Source: Takakia lepidozioides (Eukaryota; Plantae; Bryophyta). From it: a stretch of DNA of 64,000 nucleotides. The notes beneath the pieces are model-generated. The model saw nothing but the letters and a program-made list of their open reading frames with translations, searched no databases and was not told the origin of the DNA. How positions within the stretch are numbered: the stretch's first letter is position 1; every line of letters starts with the position of its first letter. Shown piece by piece: positions 60,798-64,000 of this stretch. Made by a program: the position numbers and the translations under genes. The DNA is taken from NCBI GenBank assembly GCA_030704615.1, contig CM060734.1, forward strand, positions 24,738,001 through 24,802,000, written 5' to 3'.

Positions 60798-62560
60798 GGG
60801 ATCCTGGAGCTCTTCTTTGCAAGCAAGTAAGACAGCTTATTAGGAACTTCATATGGGGAGCCCCCTCGGTGGGTCATAATCGTAGGGCCCTTATCTCCTG
60901 GGAGAAGATCTGTATGAGTAAGAAGCATGGTGGTTTGGGCATTCTCGACTTTGAATCTCATCCTTGCCAAATGGATTCCTCGTTCTCTGATGAACCCGAA
61001 GACTCCCTGGTCATGGCTCCTCCGAGACTACATGTCTTCTGCCATTCCTTCCACCTCCCCCCTTTGGCTCCCCTTCTTCGTTGGGTGATGCAAGGTGGAA
61101 AATCTAATTCCAAACTACTGTGTGGCTCGGCAGCGTGGGCTGCAATCTGGAAAGCCTGGCATGATATGAGACAGTTCCTCACACAGATCTCTCATTCAAA
61201 ATAAAGATGAAGATCTGAGACAACCTCTCTTTGGAAATTTTAATGACGACAGCGAGTCCTTGGTTATCTACTTTGCCCGTTGGGCACACTGGGAAAGCGC
61301 TGGGATTTCCACATACGCTAATATCTAGTCTCATAGTGCACAGGATCTCCTTCCCTTCAGCAATTCACCACAATGGTGGGAAGCAGGAGAGCTCGACTAT
61401 TTGGCCCAACTATCCTGGCTGACATGTCTCCCAACTGGTTTGCCCTGATGAGAGAGCAGGTTGTCACCACAGCCTCCTGGCATAGATGTCTACCTCCCAC
61501 AATATGTCATGCCATGTTTGTTTTCTCGGAATCACAGATCTCTTGCAAAGGTATTGGTTTTGTCAGCATTTAGGATAGGCTTAGCCCCCTGTCATCCTGT
61601 GTTGAAATTCCTGCAAGAAACAGTTTGGTTCAAATCAGAGTGGCGGACTCTATCTCGGGCAAGGTAGATCCAATCCCCCCTCTGGCTGGTTGGTGGGATT
61701 GGCTCTCTAAGGTAGACCTTTTCTGGTTCGGTGGCAAACCGTTGGTAGACCCACCTTTTGACCCCGGGGAATGGAGATGGATCAAAGAAGAAAGATCCAT
61801 TTTTTGATTACTTGGCCAAGCTGGGATACTCCATGCTACATCTTTCTTTGATCAATAAACGGAAAAAGAAGTGGAGGGGTATCTTAGATCCTGGCACGGA
61901 CTGGGCAGCAGTCTGGAAGGATATATGGCTGAAACACCTCTTTGCAAAAGCTTCGAGCTTTCTTTGGAGACTGGCCCACAGAATCCTCCCTTTTGGAGCT
62001 TACATGTCAGATGACCCTCCTCTTCTCTGCAAAATGTGTTATGTTTCACCCTGGAGCACGGCCTCTTTCATTGTTGTTTTGCTACGACTGTTTGGTCTAG
62101 AATTCGTGCTTTCTACGCTCCTTGGAAAATTGTACATTCCAATTTGGTCTCTATTCACTTGCTGAATTTGCAAGGAAGGAACATCTGGCACAGGTGCCAT
62201 GTCTGGTCTTCCATTCGCTCTCTCACTCTCTAGCATATTTGGAAATCCAGGTGTGCTAAGTGGTATGAGGGAGATTACCCTTGTCTGAGAGCGGTTCTTA
62301 AGATGATCTTTTTTTATTCATGGGTTGAGGGGAAAAAGGCTTGTGGGGGGGGGGGGTGCGGTGAGGTTGCAGCTCATTGCAGATGTTCTAAAGAGAAACG
62401 GGCCACGTTACTTCAAGAACTCGATTCTTCGTGGGGTTGGCGAGACATCATCTGTACCAGAAGTGGGGACAAATGCTCTTTCCACCCTGCGGTCCCCGAC
62501 CAATGGTGGCCCCTCTAATCCCTGGCTCTTGACTTCGAAAAAGACATTAACTGGAAACAT
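60798..62560 (+). mobile_element. L1-like LINE 3' fragment (post-RT and zinc-binding region)
   Basis: LIRNFIWG...ISWEKICMSKKHGGLGILD, WKDIWLK..KASSFLWRLAHRILP, CKMC...HGLFHC. Confidence 0.85.
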
Positions 62561-62659
62561 AGGAAGAACAGGAACTCCAAAATTAAAGCTCACTTGAATT
62601 TTGAGGCCCTCATTAGGTTCCGGTTTTTGCTGCTATGGTCTCCTCTGCTTTTCTTAGCT

Positions 62660-63700
62660 CTGCAGGTTATGTCAATTTTTCCCTTTGTTGAACTTTCTGG
62701 TTCTTGAGTTCTCTTCTGCAGGTCTATGGTGGAAGTGTGCGCTGGCGCACACTTCCAAACAGCTCTTCTAGTTATGTCAATTTTCCCTTTGTTGAACTTT
62801 GTGGTTCTTGAGTTCTCTTCTGCAGGTCTGTGGTGGAAATGTGCGCTGGCGCACACTTCCAAACAGCTCTTTCCATTTTTCCCTTTGATGACCTTTCTGG
62901 TTTGTTCTCAATTTCGCTGTCGTGCGTCAAAGCACTGTGCTCTGAGACTGCCCAGAGGTCGCTGATTTTAGTCATATGTGGAAGTAGCAGCAGCCCATAG
63001 AGGCAGCTGACAGACCAGGGTAATGGCTTCCAAAGCATGGATATGTTTTGGCTATGTAGAAGATGCACCAGCCCGCAAGGTTTTTCATCTGACTTTCTTT
63101 TATGCTTTATTCTACTTCCAATGAAAGCTGACTGCGTCAACGCGCGTGTCAAAGCTTGGTTCATATAGCTTTGTGGGAGTCACAAGTGCATATACAGTGA
63201 CAACATTGATTTTTTATGGTATCTAGAACGGGCGAGCAGCCTCCCGTGATTTTCTTTTGTTCCCGTCTTTGCTATGATATCCAGCCTTTGTCACCGGGCG
63301 TCAACGCAATGTGCTGTAAGGTAGCCTAGATCGTGGATATTCTTCATACGAAGAAGTGTCAGCAGACCCCAAGAAAATCTCTGTCACGCAGCCCAGCCCC
63401 TGGCATGGAATGGCACAGAGAATGGTTTCATTTCAGTTTTGGAGTCTCTTTAAAGTCTCGTCCATTCTGCTGTGAATTCCAGTTTTGAAATGGCGCAGAG
63501 ATGGTTTCATTTCAGTCTTCAGTTCTCTTTTAAGTCTCATTTCTTTTCATTTCATTTCAGGTGGTGGAAGTGTGCGGTGGCGCACACTTCCAAACAGCCC
63601 TACGAGTTTTCTTCATTTTTTCCTGTTTCAAACTTTCTGGTTTTGAGTTCTCTATTGCAGGTCTGTGGTGGAAGTGTGCGGTGGCGCACACTTTCAAACA
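62660..63700. repeat. 104-bp tandem units carrying a 26-bp palindrome
   Basis: GGAAGTGTGCGC-TG-GCGCACACTTCC (variants) at 62731, 62835, 63566 and 63670; inverted copy at 60762-60796. Confidence 0.85.
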
Positions 63701-64000
63701 CGGCATCTCCTTTCATTCACGAGGTGCTATGTGAGGCCTGGTCTGTCTTCTTTACGATTTTAAAGCATCTCTTTCCAAGCATGATCAGATCAGATCTGTT
63801 CCGTTCTGATCTAATATGACATATCTCTCCTGTCCAGTCATGATTTATGTTTGTTTTCCTGATTGCTAGTGTGACTGGAAATTTTAAAAAAAAAAAAAAC
63901 AAGTCGGAGGGGGCGGAGCAATGAACATCGCTCCGCAATACGCGGTGAGGGGAGTGAGGTCTTAGCCGTAGTTGCAAGTCCCCCCGAGCTGTTGACGAAC

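Noticed and set aside
62731-63695. CRISPR-like array (palindromic repeats at fixed spacing)
   Set aside because: The spacers resemble each other (tandem units), there are only two repeats per cluster, no cas genes are present, and the context is eukaryotic.

Overview
Eukaryotic nuclear DNA, most likely from a non-seed land plant. This is inferred from PLS-type PPR fragments, MED33, an algal/bryophyte-like class I aldolase and GT-AG introns. Host genes: an HMA-domain protein with a Lys/Glu-rich tail, an SCA7 (SGF73/ataxin-7-like) zinc-finger exon, an apparently intact 12-exon MED33, a disrupted plastid-type fructose-bisphosphate aldolase and an unknown 3-exon gene. Most of the rest is mobile DNA: decayed L1-like LINEs, Ty3/Gypsy fragments, a tRNA-type SINE family with target-site duplications, MITEs/foldbacks, a mosaic of PPR, MATE and importin-beta gene fragments, and an unclassified ~3.2-kb repeat. 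The most notable system lies at 49.8-60 kb. It is a spliced Crypton/DUF3504-like tyrosine-recombinase gene preceded by a 49-bp-arm cruciform. One of its introns carries a 7.5-kb circularly permuted Gypsy segment (extra ORF, PPT, single central LTR, PBS, gag-pol) with no LTR at either junction. All assignments are by eye from motifs; no searches were run.
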